A stretch of 63,674 nt of DNA, the filler included, from Octopus bimaculoides (Eukaryota): NCBI RefSeq assembly GCF_001194135.2. It is 6 parts of 6 records of this genome, joined end to end, with 100 filler letters (N's around TTAATTAATTAA, not from the genome) between each part and the next. Parts side by side here need not be neighbours in the genome. Positions count along the whole stretch, not along the records: positions 43,632 to 54,185 come from NC_068981.1; positions 54,286 to 56,704 come from NC_068982.1; positions 56,805 to 61,732 come from NW_026375116.1; positions 61,833 to 63,674 come from NW_026373000.1; 2 more parts are not named here. One strand, written 5' to 3'. Shown here piece by piece: positions 49,702 through 63,674 of the stretch; the stretch's first letter is position 1; each line of letters opens with the position of its first letter. Position numbers and translations under genes: made by a program. A model generated the notes under the pieces. The model was not told the origin of the DNA and ran no database searches. It worked only from the letters and a program-made list of their open reading frames with translations.

Positions 49702-52700
49702 TGTGTGTGTATGTGTGTGTGTGTGTGTGTGTGTGTTTGTGTGTGCGTGCGTGCGTGCGTGCGTGCGTGTGATAGCGGTAGAACCTCTGGGACTGAATTT
49801 TAAAATTCACAAAAATCATTGCCCAGCAATATTTGTAACCTGGTGAAGTCGCAGAAATAAAACGAAACGAAACAAAACAAAATAGAATTAAATTAAATTA
49901 AATGTTGAAAACTCAGAGATTACTCATCACTCTAATTAACATTCCTGTATGCCACACGGCAAAAGTTTTATTGGCTTAATAAAGCTACATATTCATTTAA
50001 AAAGAGGAATTATTAGTTTCCATGAATATTTAGAAATGCTTCAGATATCAAGCCCTTTCTCTAGAATTCCAGTGGTACTCATTAAAGATATTACGCTACA
50101 AATTAATATCTTTAAAGTTGCATGTCCTTAATCCACTTCGTGTCATCCTCAAATAATCAGCAATCGAACCTCTACATGGCCTGCTTGCCCTGTTAAAAAT
50201 GGCAGTTAAATATTTTTTCAAATGATACCGTAGGAGCATATAAAATCACAACTAGGAGCATATTATTCAATGTAACCTTACTCTTAAAAAAGAAAGGCAT
50301 ACGAAATGATGGAGTTCTAGTTATTACACAGGAAAGCTTTTATCATAGGCATGCTCAATCAGAACCGTCTTGGTGCTAAACAACGAAAACAATCACCCGA
50401 CCTAGTTCGTTTGAAATTATAAACATATTGTTATAGGCGCAGGTGTGGCTGTGTGGTAAGAATCTTGCTTCTCAATCACGTGGTTCTGGGTTCAATCCCA
50501 CTGCGTGGCACCTTAGACAAGTGTCTTTTACTATAGCCTCGGACCTACTAAAGCCTTGTGAGTGGATTTGGTAGACGGAAACTGAAATAAGTTCTGGGCT
50601 TGACTTTTTTCGACTAAAAAAAAAAGACCTTCAAGGCGGTGCTACAGCATGGTCGCAGTCAAATGGCTCAAGAAAGGGAAAAAAATAAAAGAATAATCGG
50701 AAAAACATTCTGATCGCCTTCAGACCAATTTTGTGTTTCTTCACCGACAATTATGCAAATCATTTAGCAATGAAAATAACTGTCGCACACAAATCAGTTA
50801 TTTATCTCAAATACATAAACTATGATTCTTTACTGCGAGAAACTTTGATGAAGTTGGGATATAAAAGATAGTCTTAAACCCAACTCAGTTATTAAAATCT
50901 AACACCAACCAGACATGAAAATAATTTGTACTTGAATATAGAATTTTTAGAGAGAATCTATTCTCTTGTTAAACACAAATCCTTGTAATCTTTATTAATT
51001 ACCTTAAAGCATCTGAGCTAACGAGGGAACACATGCGCGGTCATTTGACCTGTCAGAAACCGTAACCAAATTCCATTAAATCACATCTTATTGTCTTTAA
51101 AATGGAAGTCATATTGGACAGTGTAATCCCAGATATACAAAAAACTGAAATGCCTTTGATCACGAGTGTATTTGATCAGAGCTGAGCTGAAACGTTAAGC
51201 ACATGTAGAACACCACAAGAATTTAAACCAAAATGATTAAAGCACAGCTAAAGCACAACTCGCTTTTTTTCTTTTTGTGCTTCTTTTCTGAAGAAGGCAT
51301 AGAGACCGATGTCATTAAAGGAGACATTTGATGACAATAACTATCTTACTGATAAATATATGGCTTTTGTTACTGGTAATATGAATGAAGCAGGATAAAA
51401 GACACCCTGCATCTACAAATTTTTTTACAAAATTCAATTTTAATAATTTCTTAATAAGCAAAATAACACTTAAGGATTATCTTTATGAGAAAAATTAAAT
51501 GAAACTATTAGCGGGATAGGCTAACTTTCGACCTGTGTTGCCAAATAATTAAAGCTAAGAACCTTGTAAAGGATAGCAACCGACCGATTATGAATCAAAT
51601 TAGAGCCATATGTTTTATCTGAATGGTTTATACAATCATGTGTGAAACATGAATATTGCTAGCTTCAACATTAGCTAAATATCCTGTGACAGATTGCACA
51701 ACGTAGTCTAGACACTTCTAAAAAAGTGAAATGTGGAAAGCAGGAGCTAAGCCAGACTAGAGGTTTGCTCAATCAAGACTAATCCGGAACTAAGCAACAC
51801 TTCTGCAACACTGAAGATGACAACAATATGACTAAAATCTAAGCTACTCTGTCATCTCTGAAATAGATATTGTAATATACCCTTTTTCTGCATTATACTA
51901 ATGGTCTGTTTGAGGATATAAACGGTCCGACCTTAAAATTCGTTAACATACTTTCTCATGTTGTTTATTCAAACAAGTAACACGCTTTCATTCACACTCG
52001 CTCAGATACATATATGTACGTGTGCGTTTACGTGTGTAAGTCTGCATCTGTGTATACATATATATANNNNNNNNNNNNNNNNNNNNNNNNNNNNNNNNNN
52101 NNNNNNNNNNNNNNNNNNNNNNNNNNNNNNNNNNNNNNNNNNNNNNNNNNNNNNNNNNNNNNNNNNNNNNNNNNNNNNNNNNNNNNNNNNNNNNNNNNNN
52201 NNNNNNNNNNNNNNNNNNNNNNNNNNNNNNNNNNNNNNNNNNNNNNNNNNNNNNNNNNNNNNNNNNNNNNNNNNNNNNNNNNNNNNNNNNNNNNNNNNNN
52301 NNNNNNNNNNNNNNNNNNNNNNNNNNNNNNNNNNNNNNNNNNNNNNNNNNNNNNNNNNNNNNNNNNNNNNNNNNNNNNNNNNNNNNNNNNNNNNNNNNNN
52401 NNNNNNNNNNNNNNNNNNNNNNNNNNNNNNNNNNNNNNNNNNNNNNNNNNNNNNNNNNNNNNNNNNNNNNNNNNNNNNNNNNNNNNNNNNNNNNNNNNNN
52501 NNNNNNNNNNNNNNNNNNNNNNNNNNNNNNNNNNNNNNNNNNNNNNNNNNNNNNNNNNNNNNNNNNNNNNNNNNNNNNNNNNNNNNNNNNNNNNNNNNNN
52601 NNNNNNNNNNNNNNNNNNNNNNNNNNNNNNNNNNNNNNNNNNNNNNNNNNNNNNNNNNNNNNNNNNNNNNNNNNNNNNNNNNNNNNNNNNNNNNNNNNNN

Positions 52701-53526
52701 NNNNNNNNNNNNNNNNNNNNNNNNNNNNNNNNNNNNNNNNNNNNNNNNNNNNNNNNNNNNNNNNNNNNNNNNNNNNNNNNNNNNNNNNNNNNNNNNNNNN
52801 NNNNNNNNNNNNNNNNNNNNNNNNNNNNNNNNNNNNNNATATATATATATATATATATATATACATTTACATTTACATAAAAAAAATTTCCGTGTGGGTC
52901 GAAGAGAGGAGGTATTACTATTTTCTGTCAAGTTTCCTTACCGCATATTAATTATTGATTTGTCTATAATTGGATTCCACAGACAATGTCGTGCATTTCT
53001 ACTCTGCTTTCAAGTATAGCTTCAGAAAGTTTAAGTTTTCATCCGTAAAGCAACTCTTGTAACATTTCAATTTTTTCCTTTGTGGATTGGTCTAGAAATA
53101 CTTCGAATCGAGGAATTTGCATCTTAACCCTGGGCGAAGCCAAGTAGAGATACTTTACAGCTTTATAAACATTTTTCCTATCAACTTTGTGAACATTGTT
53201 TTCTTGTGCCAATGTGATGCAACAGCCATATTTTGGATCTAGTGTTGAGCGACCATGCTAGCACTAGTTTTAATGTCCCAGTTTAAAACCCTTATCTCAA
53301 GAAATGGTACTTTGTAGCCTCGGTTTTCAACATCTCAAAAATTAAACCAAAATCACTCTCCCCAGCGCACCCATTTGACAGCATGAGAACTGGGATGCAG
53401 CTATACATGGTCTATCGCTTGTTGGCTGGTCTTTCTCAGTCACTTCCTCTAATACCAAAATCTCTTGGTAGCTATTTGGTGACACAATTATCAACATTCG
53501 AGGTCTACTCAGAAAGTATCGGAACT

Positions 53527-53540
53527 GTTGTTATGGTAAC
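53527..53540. promoter_or_regulatory. RFX X-box-like motif GTTGTTATGGTAAC
   Basis: 13/14 match to GTTRCYATRGYAAC, in a CpG-retaining patch with an NRF1-like gggcatgcacagt (53597-53609) and ETS core cacttccg (53629-53636). Confidence 0.4.
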
Positions 53541-53792
53541 GGAGCTAAAATGTGCAGAGTGAAGCCGCTTGGCACAGACTGACCTTGAACTCCGCCGGGC
53601 ATGCACAGTAAGTTATAACGGTCTCGCTCACTTCCGCTGTTTATAGTAGTTCTTGGAAATAAAGTGTGTAGAGTGTGGTCATTTCAAAAAGAAGATCGGG
53701 TTTCGGTGGCATAGGATCTCCTTAACTGTGCCGAGGGAGACGAAAACTTTTTGAAAACGGTCTATGGTTATGACCCCAAAACGAAGGCTTCG

Positions 53793-54185
53793 CAGGGGAA
53801 GACCCCAACAAAATTTTAAGACATCAAGAATTTCTGATCTAAGCATCTTAATATGTTTTCAGCGGTGTAGAATTTACAATGTAATTATCCATTTTTTTTT
53901 TCAGGTGCCATTATATGAAACATTTGCGAAGAGTAACCATGCCACGCACAAAAATTCAACAGAACTGTCGGATTTTCAAAGAGGTCGTATTGTTGGGCCA
54001 TCTGAGGCTGGTCTTAGCCAGCGAAAAATTGCTGAAAATCTTCAAATTCCTCTTGATACTGTTAATAGAATTAGAAGTGCACTACAAAAGCCACGGAAAA
54101 GAATCAACAGATTCTCGTCCCGGCCGACCTGGGCCCCCGGAAAGGAAGCTTCGCTGTTTGAAGAGAATTGTGGAAAATGAACCCC
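53793..54185 (+). mobile_element. Tc1-type transposon 5' end with frameshifted transposase N-terminus (ATG at 53939), cut off by a contig join
   Basis: MPRTK / [40 protein letters not shown] / [29 protein letters not shown] across two frameshifts: paired-like HTH plus GRP motif. TIR-like caggggaagaccccaacaaaattttaagac near 53793 (boundary uncertain). Confidence 0.88.
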
Positions 54186-54285
54186 NNNNNNNNNNNNNNN
54201 NNNNNNNNNNNNNNNNNNNNNNNNNNNNNTTAATTAATTAANNNNNNNNNNNNNNNNNNNNNNNNNNNNNNNNNNNNNNNNNNNN
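54186..54285. other. Artificial contig-join linker
   Basis: Same layout; truncates the Tc1 element. Confidence 0.97.
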
Positions 54286-54331
<46 letters not shown>

Positions 54332-54980
54332 TGCACGTATATATGTACATAATGAATGCTGTCGTGTAAGTTATTGAGAGCTTTGAACAAATTAAGATTA
54401 TTAAATTTAAATATTTGCTGCAAATCGTTGAAAAGAGTAACACGAAGTTACCTGAAACCCGAGGTAGCGATTATTTGAGTTGTAAAGTTTATTTCCAAGA
54501 ACTCAACATCGAAATGTCAATATCAGTAATTTCCTTTAGAAATTCCATTTTTGCTTCTTTTGGATTTTGATGTCGATTCATTAAATACAGTAAAACGAGG
54601 AATCCAGTTGAATCTGCTAATGATTTGCGTTGGCATTACCGTATCTCTGCTGTTTTGCGGTTCTTCGTTTCTGCCGGTTTTGTGTCTGATTATCCGATAA
54701 GCTGTACTTCAGACACACGCACACACACACATACACGCACACAACATATGCATATATGTGTGTGTGTGTTATCCCGAGTAAACAGTGAAGGATCTTGGCT
54801 CTCCCAACCTTGGCTCAGGGGACATCGAAGGAGAGAAAGAGCGAACGAACGAGCGAGAAAGAGAGACGGAGAGAGAGAGAGAGAGAGAGGGAGAGAGGAA
54901 GGAGGGAGAGAGAGAGAAAGAGAGAGAGAGAGAAGAAGAGAGAGAGAGAGGAAAAGAGAGAGAAGGAGAGAGAGAGAAGA

Positions 54981-55013
<33 letters not shown>

Positions 55014-55542
55014 TGCCCTTGCATACAACTGTTGTTAATATCGACACAAGAACACTTGAGCAACATGAACTAAAATGACTTGTTCAAACCAACAACGCGA
55101 CTCCCGTTACAGAAATCGAACCCACGACCCTATGATTCTAAGTTTATCATCCTTACCCCTTCGACATTTCCCATCTAAAATGGTTTTCGGCCCACATGCT
55201 ATTATCTATAGCTTTATATGTTCTTTGAGAGTCAATTAAAAATTAAAATTAAATTAATAATAATATACACATGTATATGATTATATTAAGGTNNNNNNNN
55301 NNNNNNNNNNNNNNNNNNNNNNNNNNNNNNNNNNNNNNNNNNNNNNNNNNNNNNNNNNNNNNNNNNNNNNNNNNNNNNNNNNNNNNNNNNNNGTGGTGCA
55401 AGTTCGAGCCAGGAAATATCTTTCCTGACAAAACTAATAAAGATATTTCATTAAATAGAACAACCAAACGAATTTGATATATTATCCGCTTCTGTCAGGT
55501 AAGAGCGGCATTAATTGTTCGTTGAGGACTGACCTGAAGAGC

Positions 55543-55797
55543 GACGTCATTGTTATCATCATCACCATCATCACCATCATCCTCACCATCATCATCGCCA
55601 TCGTCATCATCATCATCATCATCATCATCGTCATCATCATCATCATCACCATTATCATCGTCATCAGCATCGTCATCATCGTCATCATCATCANNNNNNN
55701 NNNATCAGCATCGTCATCATCGTCATCATCATCACCATCGTCGTCATCATCATCATCATCATCATCATCGTCGTCGTCATCATCATCATCATCATCG
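55543..55797. repeat. (CAT/CAC/CGT)n trinucleotide tract
   Basis: Gives the poly-D/S/H/I/M pseudo-ORFs in all frames. Confidence 0.95.
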
Positions 55798-56152
55798 TCT
55801 ACAGCAACAACTACTCTAATAACCCCCACACACTGAAATCTGCTGCGAGTGCCAATCATTGCTCAATTATTTCCAGGAAAGAAATAATTTTTCCTATTGT
55901 CTCGCTGTGAACATGGCGGCTTGTTAACACACAACGAAAAATGAAACAACCTAAAAAGAAAACAATCAAGAAATAAAATAAAATAAAATAATTGGGAAAA
56001 AAGTGTAGAAATAGTCAACAACAAACAATATAAAAACAATATAATTTGTAGATACAAACAAACAAAAAAGCAACAAAACCAGTGTTATCATCAGCTGCAG
56101 AAATGTGCATATAAGTATATTGTCATTCGCGTGTGTACATGCGTGTGTATTG

Positions 56153-56199
<47 letters not shown>

Positions 56200-56667
56200 G
56201 TGAGCGTATACACGCACACACACACATACATACACACACACATGTATAGTGTGTGTGCTGAAAACAAAAGATGTAGACAGGTGTAGGATCATATATAAGG
56301 CACGTGTCGCCAGTAATTACTCAGGGTAGGCAGTTGGTGACCTTTATGTAGTAAAACACAAGAATAAGCGAAACACAGACATGAGACTGAGTTGAAGGTA
56401 GATTTACTTCTGCCTTTATAACACGTAAAGAAAACGTTGTTGTAGGAGTGTACACAGCATGTGTACTACAACAGTACTATGCACAGCTTAAATACTGAGA
56501 TTGAAAAACAGGAGCGAATTATGCCTACCTAATCTAGAAAAAAATAAAATATTTTGCATTTTATGCATAGTAATCAGAGTAACCTTCATAATTTCATTGA
56601 ATTAGGTGCATATTTTGCCATGAGTGGAAAATGTTGCTATTGATCTATTTTATATATATATACATAC

Positions 56668-56704
<37 letters not shown>

Positions 56705-56804
56705 NNNNNNNNNNNNNNNNNNNNNNNNNNNNNNNNNNNNNNNNNNNNTTAATTAATTAANNNNNNNNNNNNNNNNNNNNNNNNNNNNNNNNNNNNNNNN
56801 NNNN
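56705..56804. other. Artificial contig-join linker
   Basis: Same layout. Confidence 0.97.
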
Positions 56805-57799
56805 CTGAACCCGGGACCATGTGGTTGGTAAGCAAGCCACTTACCACACAGCCAGTATATATATATATATGGATATATATAAATATACACACACATTTGC
56901 GTATATATATATGTGTACACATGTATAGATATATTCATATACATGTTACAAGAAATAAATTAAGACTTGAACGTAGAATAGCTTAGCACTCGTAGGGCCG
57001 GTTACCCATTTTCCTTGGCAAATAAGTGACCAAGATATGCGCAGTTATGGCTGTGTAGTAAGAAGCTTGCTTCCCAATGGTATAGTTCTAGGTTCAGTCC
57101 CACTGCGTGGCTCCTTGGGCAGGGGTCTTCTGCCATAGCCTCAGGCCGACCACAGCCTTGTGAGTGGATTTGGTAGACGGAAACTGAAAGAAGCCCGTCG
57201 TATATATATATATATATATATATATATATNNNNNNNNNNNNNNNNNNNNNNNNNNNNNNNNNNNNNNNNNNNNNNNNNNNNNNNNNNNNNNNNNNNNNNN
57301 NNNNNNNNNNNNNNNNNNNNNNNNNNNNNNNNNNNNNNNNNNNNNNNNNNNNNNNNNNNNNNNNNNNNNNNNNNNNNNNNNNNNNNNNNNNNNNNNNNNN
57401 NNNNNNNNNNNNNNNNNNNNNNNNNNNNNNNNNNNNNNNNNNNNNNNNNNNNNNNNNNNNNNNNNNNNNNNNNNNNNNNNNNNNNNNNNNNNNNNNNNNN
57501 NNNNNNNNNNNNNNNNNNNNNNNNNNNNNNNNNNNNNNNNNNNNNNNNNNNNNNNNNNNNNNNNNNNNNNNNNNNNNNNNNNNNNNNNNNNNNNNNNNNN
57601 NNNNNNNNNNNNNNNNNNNNNNNNNNNNNNNNNNNNNNNNNNNNNNNNNNNNNNNNNNNNNNNNNNNNNNNNNNNNNNNNNNNNNNNNNNNNNNNNNNNN
57701 NNNNNNNNNNNNNNNNNNNNNNNNNNNNNNNNNNNNNNNNNNNNNNNNNNNNNNNNNNNNNNNNNNNNNNNNNNNNNNNAGAGGAAAATATACTATTAG

Positions 57800-58555
<756 letters not shown>

Positions 58556-58786
58556 GGTTTGAGGAAGAAAGAGGTCTTGGCGCAGGACGGGGCGGAGCAG
58601 GGAGGAAAGGCGAGGGACACGTCATTCGTTTGGCACATCTGGAACATCTTAGAAGACATGGCACCAGTCTCTTTCTCTTTTATCAATGACGGTGATATGG
58701 TAAATACCCAAAAGGCAGAGAAATAGCATTCACTGCTGGTTACACAGAGTAGAAAGCACAGGAGAAATAGCGACTCTATTCGTAAC

Positions 58787-58829
<43 letters not shown>

Positions 58830-59879
58830 TACATACATATATATATATTTAAGTGTACAGTATTTATACACAAAGACGAGACACNNNNNNNNNNNNNNNN
58901 NNNNNNNNNNNNNNNNNNNNNNNNNNNNNNNNNNNNNNNNNNNNNNNNNNNNNNNNNNNNNNNNNNNNNNNNNNNNNNNNNNNNNNNNNNNNNNNNNNNN
59001 NNNNNNNNNNNNNNNNNNNNNNNNNNNNNNNNNNNNNNNNNNNNNNNNNNNNNNNNNNNNNNNNNNNNNNNNNNNNNNNNNNNNNNNNNNNNNNNNNNNN
59101 NNNNNNNNNNNNNNNNNNNNNNNNNNNNNNNNNNNNNNNNNNNNNNNNNNNNNNNNNNNNNNNNNNNNNNNNNNNNNNNNNNNNNNNNNNNNNNNNNNNN
59201 NNNNNNNNNNNNNNNNNNNNNNNNNNNNNNNNNNNNNNNNNNNNNNNNNNNNNNNNNNNNNNNNNNNNNNNNNNNNNNNNNNNNNNNNNNNNNNNNNNNN
59301 NNNNNNNNNNNNNNNNNNNNNNNNNNNNNNNNNNNNNNNNNNNNNNNNNNNNNNNNNNNNNNNNNNNNNNNNNNNNNNNNNNNNNNNNNNNNNNNNNNNN
59401 NNNNNNNNNNNNNNNNNNNNNNNNNNNNNNNNNNNNNNNNNNNNNNNNNNNNNNNNNNNNNNNNNNNNNNNNNNNNNNNNNNNNNNNNNNNNNNNNNNNN
59501 NNNNNNNNNNNNNNNNNNNNNNNNNNNNNNNNATATATATATATACATACATACATACATACATTCATACATACATACATACATACATACATACCTATAC
59601 TTTTCTACTCTAGGCAAGAGGCCCGAAATTTTGGAGGAATTGGGGGACCAGTCGATTACATCGACCCCAGTACGCAATTGGTACTTAATTTATCGATCAC
59701 GAAAGGATGAAAGGCAAAGTCGACCTCGCCGGAATTTGAACTCAGAACGTAACGGCAGACGAAATACCGCTAGGCATTTCGCCTGGCGTGCTAACGTATC
59801 TCCCAGCAAGCTGCCTTGATCAAACCGCGTATTGTTTAAATTACATGGCCCGATAAAGTTAGAAATAAAGATCTGAGGT

Positions 59880-60180
59880 AGACGAAGTGACAAGTAGCGG
59901 TGGAAGAAGAGATTTTGAAGTGCAAGAGAAGATGAATAGGTCAGACACGTTAAGAAAACTAATATCCTGTATTACACGTTGGGCCCTAATTTGGGACCCA
60001 CAAAGGAAGCAGAAGAGAGGGCGCCTTAAACATAGCTGAAGGTGGAATGCTGAGGCGGAGTTGAAAATTCAGGGTTCCAACTGGAGAGAAGCAGGATCGA
60101 CAGCCAAGAGTCGAGGGCAATGGTGAAAAGTTGTCGCCGGGTTACGCTTCATAGCAAACGAAAGGCTTAAGTAAGAAGAG
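59880..60180 (+). mobile_element. RTE LINE extreme 3' fragment
   Basis: Translates with stops to ITRWALIWDPQRKQKRGRLKH..AEAELK..NW..A..R.QW..VVAGL..RLK*, the usual RTE C-terminus. Confidence 0.75.
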
Positions 60181-60391
60181 TGAGTCCACAAGAGTGTATG
60201 TGGCCTTCAATTCAGCTCACTGTACCTTGTGTCTTTTCTGGCAAATGCATCACAATTGTCCACTGAATGATCTTCAAGCAGAAAAAAGCCGTCAATGGTC
60301 TTTACTCCTTAGCCAAAGGAATGGCTTAAGTAAATAAGAAAAGTGAGTACACAAAAGTCTATGTGAAGAGAAGCAGAAAAGACAATCTACA

Positions 60392-60692
60392 GTTGTTGTT
60401 GGCACTTGGTCGCTTACGACGACGAGGGTTCCAGTTGATCCGATCAACGGAAGCAGCCTGCTCGTGAAATTAACGTGCAAGTGGCTGAGCACTCCACAGA
60501 CACGTGTACCCATAACGTAGTTCTCGGGGATATTCAGCGTGACACAGTCTGTGACAAGGCTGACCCTTTGAATTACAGGCACAACAGAAACAGGAAGTAA
60601 GAGTGAGAGAAAGTTGTGGTGGAAGAGTACAGCAAGGTTCGCCACCATCCCCCTGCCGGAGCCTCGTGGAGCTTTTAGGTGTTTTCGCTCAA
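60392..60692 (-). mobile_element. Second copy of the 21717 SINE family, head lost in an N-gap
   Basis: Reverse complement of ~21790-22100 with few differences. Confidence 0.9.
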
Positions 60693-61360
60693 NNNNNNNN
60701 NNNNNNNNNNNNNNNNNNNNNNNNNNNNNNNNNNNNNNNNNNNNNNNNNNNNNNNNNNNNNNNNNNNNNNNNNNNNNNNNNNNNNNNNNNNNNNNNNNNN
60801 NNNNNNNNNNNNNNNNNNNNNNNNNNNNNNNNNNNNNNNNNNNNNNNNNNNNNNNNNNNNNNNNNNNNNNNNNNNNNNNNNNNNNNNNNNNNNNNNNNNN
60901 NNNNNNNNNNNNNNNNNNNNNNNNNNNNNNNNNNNNNNNNNNNNNNNNNNNNNNNNNNNNNNNNNNNNNNNNNNNNNNNNNNNNNNNNNNNNNNNNNNNN
61001 NNNNNNNNNNNNNNNNNNNNNNNNNNNNNNNNNNNNNNNNNNNNNNNNNNNNNNNNNNNNNNNNNNNNNNNNNNNNNNNNNNNNNNNNNNNNNNNNNNNN
61101 NNNNNNNNNNNNNNNNNNNNNNNNNNNNNNNNNNNNNNNNNNNNNNNNNNNNNNNNNNNNNNNNNNNNNNNNNNNNNNNNNNNNNNNNNNNNNNNNNNNN
61201 NNNNNNNNNNNNNNNNNNNNNNNNNNNNNNNNNNNNNNNNNNNNNNNNNNNNNTTGTGTTTGTGTGTGTGTGGGTGTGTGTGTTGGCATTTCAATTTGCC
61301 GTTAGCAAAATCAGATAAGGTATTCCATCATTTTCCCCACCTCCCTCTCTCTTTCTCTTT

Positions 61361-61404
<44 letters not shown>

Positions 61405-61732
61405 CTCTCTCCCCCTCTCTCTCTCCTTCTCTCTCTCTCTCTCTCTCTCTCTGCACACACATACACACACACACAGACACACACAGACACGCACACATAC
61501 TCGTACATCATTATCATTAACTTGGTTCAGTTGATAAGAACTGGGGCAAAGTGACGAATGGGATGGCCACCCCTCCCCCAAAATTTCGGGCCTTGTGCCG
61601 AGAGTAGAAAAGAATATATATCCGGAATATCTTAGAACTTGTACCAAACTTTGGCGTTGTCAATTACGCTAGTATTTGGTTCTAGAATTTTTGCCTAGAA
61701 CCAATTACTAGCCTGATAGACTTGGCTATGTC

Positions 61733-61832
61733 NNNNNNNNNNNNNNNNNNNNNNNNNNNNNNNNNNNNNNNNNNNNTTAATTAATTAANNNNNNNNNNNN
61801 NNNNNNNNNNNNNNNNNNNNNNNNNNNNNNNN
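61733..61832. other. Artificial contig-join linker
   Basis: Same layout. Confidence 0.97.
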
Positions 61833-63274
61833 GGGTGAACAACATTTTCATTTAAATTCATCACCAGTGCATTAATAGGTGCTGGTATGGCAGTGTGGGT
61901 CAGTTCACTTCCCAACCACATGGATTTGAGTTCCGTCCCACTGAGTGACACTTTGGGCAAGTGTCTTCTACATAAATCCCAGGTTAACTAAAACATCGTG
62001 AGTGGATTTATTAGATGGAAACTGAGAATAGCCCATAATGCATGCATGTTTGTGACTCCTTGTTTCAATATTATGCACGCCTGACTGGCACCTGTGCTGA
62101 TGGCATGTAAAAAAGCACCATTCTAATACCAGTGACTGATACCAGTGTCACATAAAAAGCACTATTCGAGCGTGACTGAGGCCAGTTCCGCCTGACTGGC
62201 TCCCATGCTGGTGGCATGTAAAAAGCACCATTCAAGTGTGACTGATGCCAGTGCCACCTGNNNNNNNNNNNNNNNNNNNNNNNNNNNNNNNNNNNNNNNN
62301 NNNNNNNNNNNNNNNNNNNNNNNNNNNNNNNNNNNNNNNNNNNNNNNNNNNNNNNNNNNNNNNNNNNNNNNNNNNNNNNNNNNNNNNNNNNNNNNNNNNN
62401 NNNNNNNNNNNNNNNNNNNNNNNNNNNNNNNNNNNNNNNNNNNNNNNNNNNNNNNNNNNNNNNNNNNNNNNNNNNNNNNNNNNNNNNNNNNNNNNNNNNN
62501 NNNNNNNNNNNNNNNNNNNNNNNNNNNNNNNNNNNNNNNNNNNNNNNNNNNNNNNNNNNNNNNNNNNNNNNNNNNNNNNNNNNNNNNNNNNNNNNNNNNN
62601 NNNNNNNNNNNNNNNNNNNNNNNNNNNNNNNNNNNNNNNNNNNNNNNNNNNNNNNNNNNNNNNNNNNNNNNNNNNNNNNNNNNNNNNNNNNNNNNNNNNN
62701 NNNNNNNNNNNNNNNNNNNNNNNNNNNNNNNNNNNNNNNNNNNNNNNNNNNNNNNNNNNNNNNNNNNNNNNNNNNNNNNNNNNNNNNNNNNNNNNNNNNN
62801 NNNNNNNNNNNNNNNNNNNNNNNNNNNNNNNNNNNNNNNNNNNNNNNNNNNNNNNNNNNNNNNNNNNNNNNNNNNNNNNNNNNNNNNNNNNNNNNNNNNN
62901 NNNNNNNNNNNNNNNNNNNNNNNNNNNNNNNNNNNNNNNNNNNNNNNNNNNNNNNNNNNNNNNNNNNNNNNNNNNNNNNNNNNNNNNNNNNNNNNNNNNN
63001 NNNNNNNNNNNNNNNNNNNNNNNNNNNNNNNNNNNNNNNNNNNNNNNNNNNNAATGAATGTTATTGAATGAATGCTCACTTTTGGTTTGTATTTAGATTT
63101 CTTTTCAACTCCTTCTTGAATCCTCTGTTGTCTGATCTTTTCCTTGTCTTTATTTCTGACAATCAAACAAACAAATAAATACATCAAACAAAAGACAGGA
63201 TTCTGAAATGATATATACAAAATTGCATAGATGTATAGATTACATCCATGTGTGTAATCTATACACACTCTCTT

Positions 63275-63305
<31 letters not shown>

Positions 63306-63674
63306 GTGTAAAATTCTGCTGTGTCACATTAATTTCACTCCTGTCACCTTTTCCTTGAAGGAGGACTCCAAAATGTCGGATACTCCACTCCATTTGCCAA
63401 TTTCACTGACCTCCTTTGTCAATTTTTCTAAATAATAAAAGTCTGCCAGAGCAGCGGTCTCGCTCCCGTGCCAGTGGCACGTAAAAAGCACCATTTGAGT
63501 GCGATCGTTTCCAGTTTCGCCTTACTGGCACTTGTGCAGGTGGCATGTGAACAAAACATTGGACTGACTCCTGTGCAGGTGGCACGTAAAAAAACACCAT
63601 TTGAGCATGGCCGTCGCCAGTACTGTCGAACTGGCCCTCGTGCTGGTGGCACATAAAAAGCACCCACTACACTC

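Noticed and set aside
55474-55859. Poly-D, poly-S, poly-H ORFs
   Set aside because: A (CAT)n-type tract open in several frames on both strands, with no flanking coding signal.

Overview
AT-rich, repeat-saturated animal genomic DNA. The SINE families, dense dinucleotide microsatellites and RTE LINEs look like Octopus (probably O. bimaculoides; inferred from repeat content, not verified). There is no prokaryotic-style gene content, rRNA or CRISPR array, and nearly every ORF in the supplied track is an artefact of microsatellites, SINEs or N-gaps. The only host coding sequence I can support is one 91-nt minus-strand exon (10851-10941) with canonical splice sites, encoding a plexin (most like plexin-A) segment just before the second PSI domain. 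The rest is intron or intergenic DNA: at least six tRNA-derived SINE or LINE-tail families, a decayed ~2.8 kb RTE-BovB-like LINE, other RTE 3' fragments, a frameshifted Tc1 5' end, and mariner, hAT and piggyBac-like MITEs. Best second-look items: a TIR element carrying internal telomeric (TAACCC)n, hammerhead-ribozyme-like motifs (one as an inverted pair), a perfect 248-bp local duplication, sharp CpG-rich/CpG-poor domains, and three promoter or first-exon-like segments at 53.5-58.7 kb. Five identical N44-TTAATTAATTAA-N44 linkers are artificial contig joins, so contiguity across them is uncertain. Repeat boundaries are approximate unless a TSD is given.
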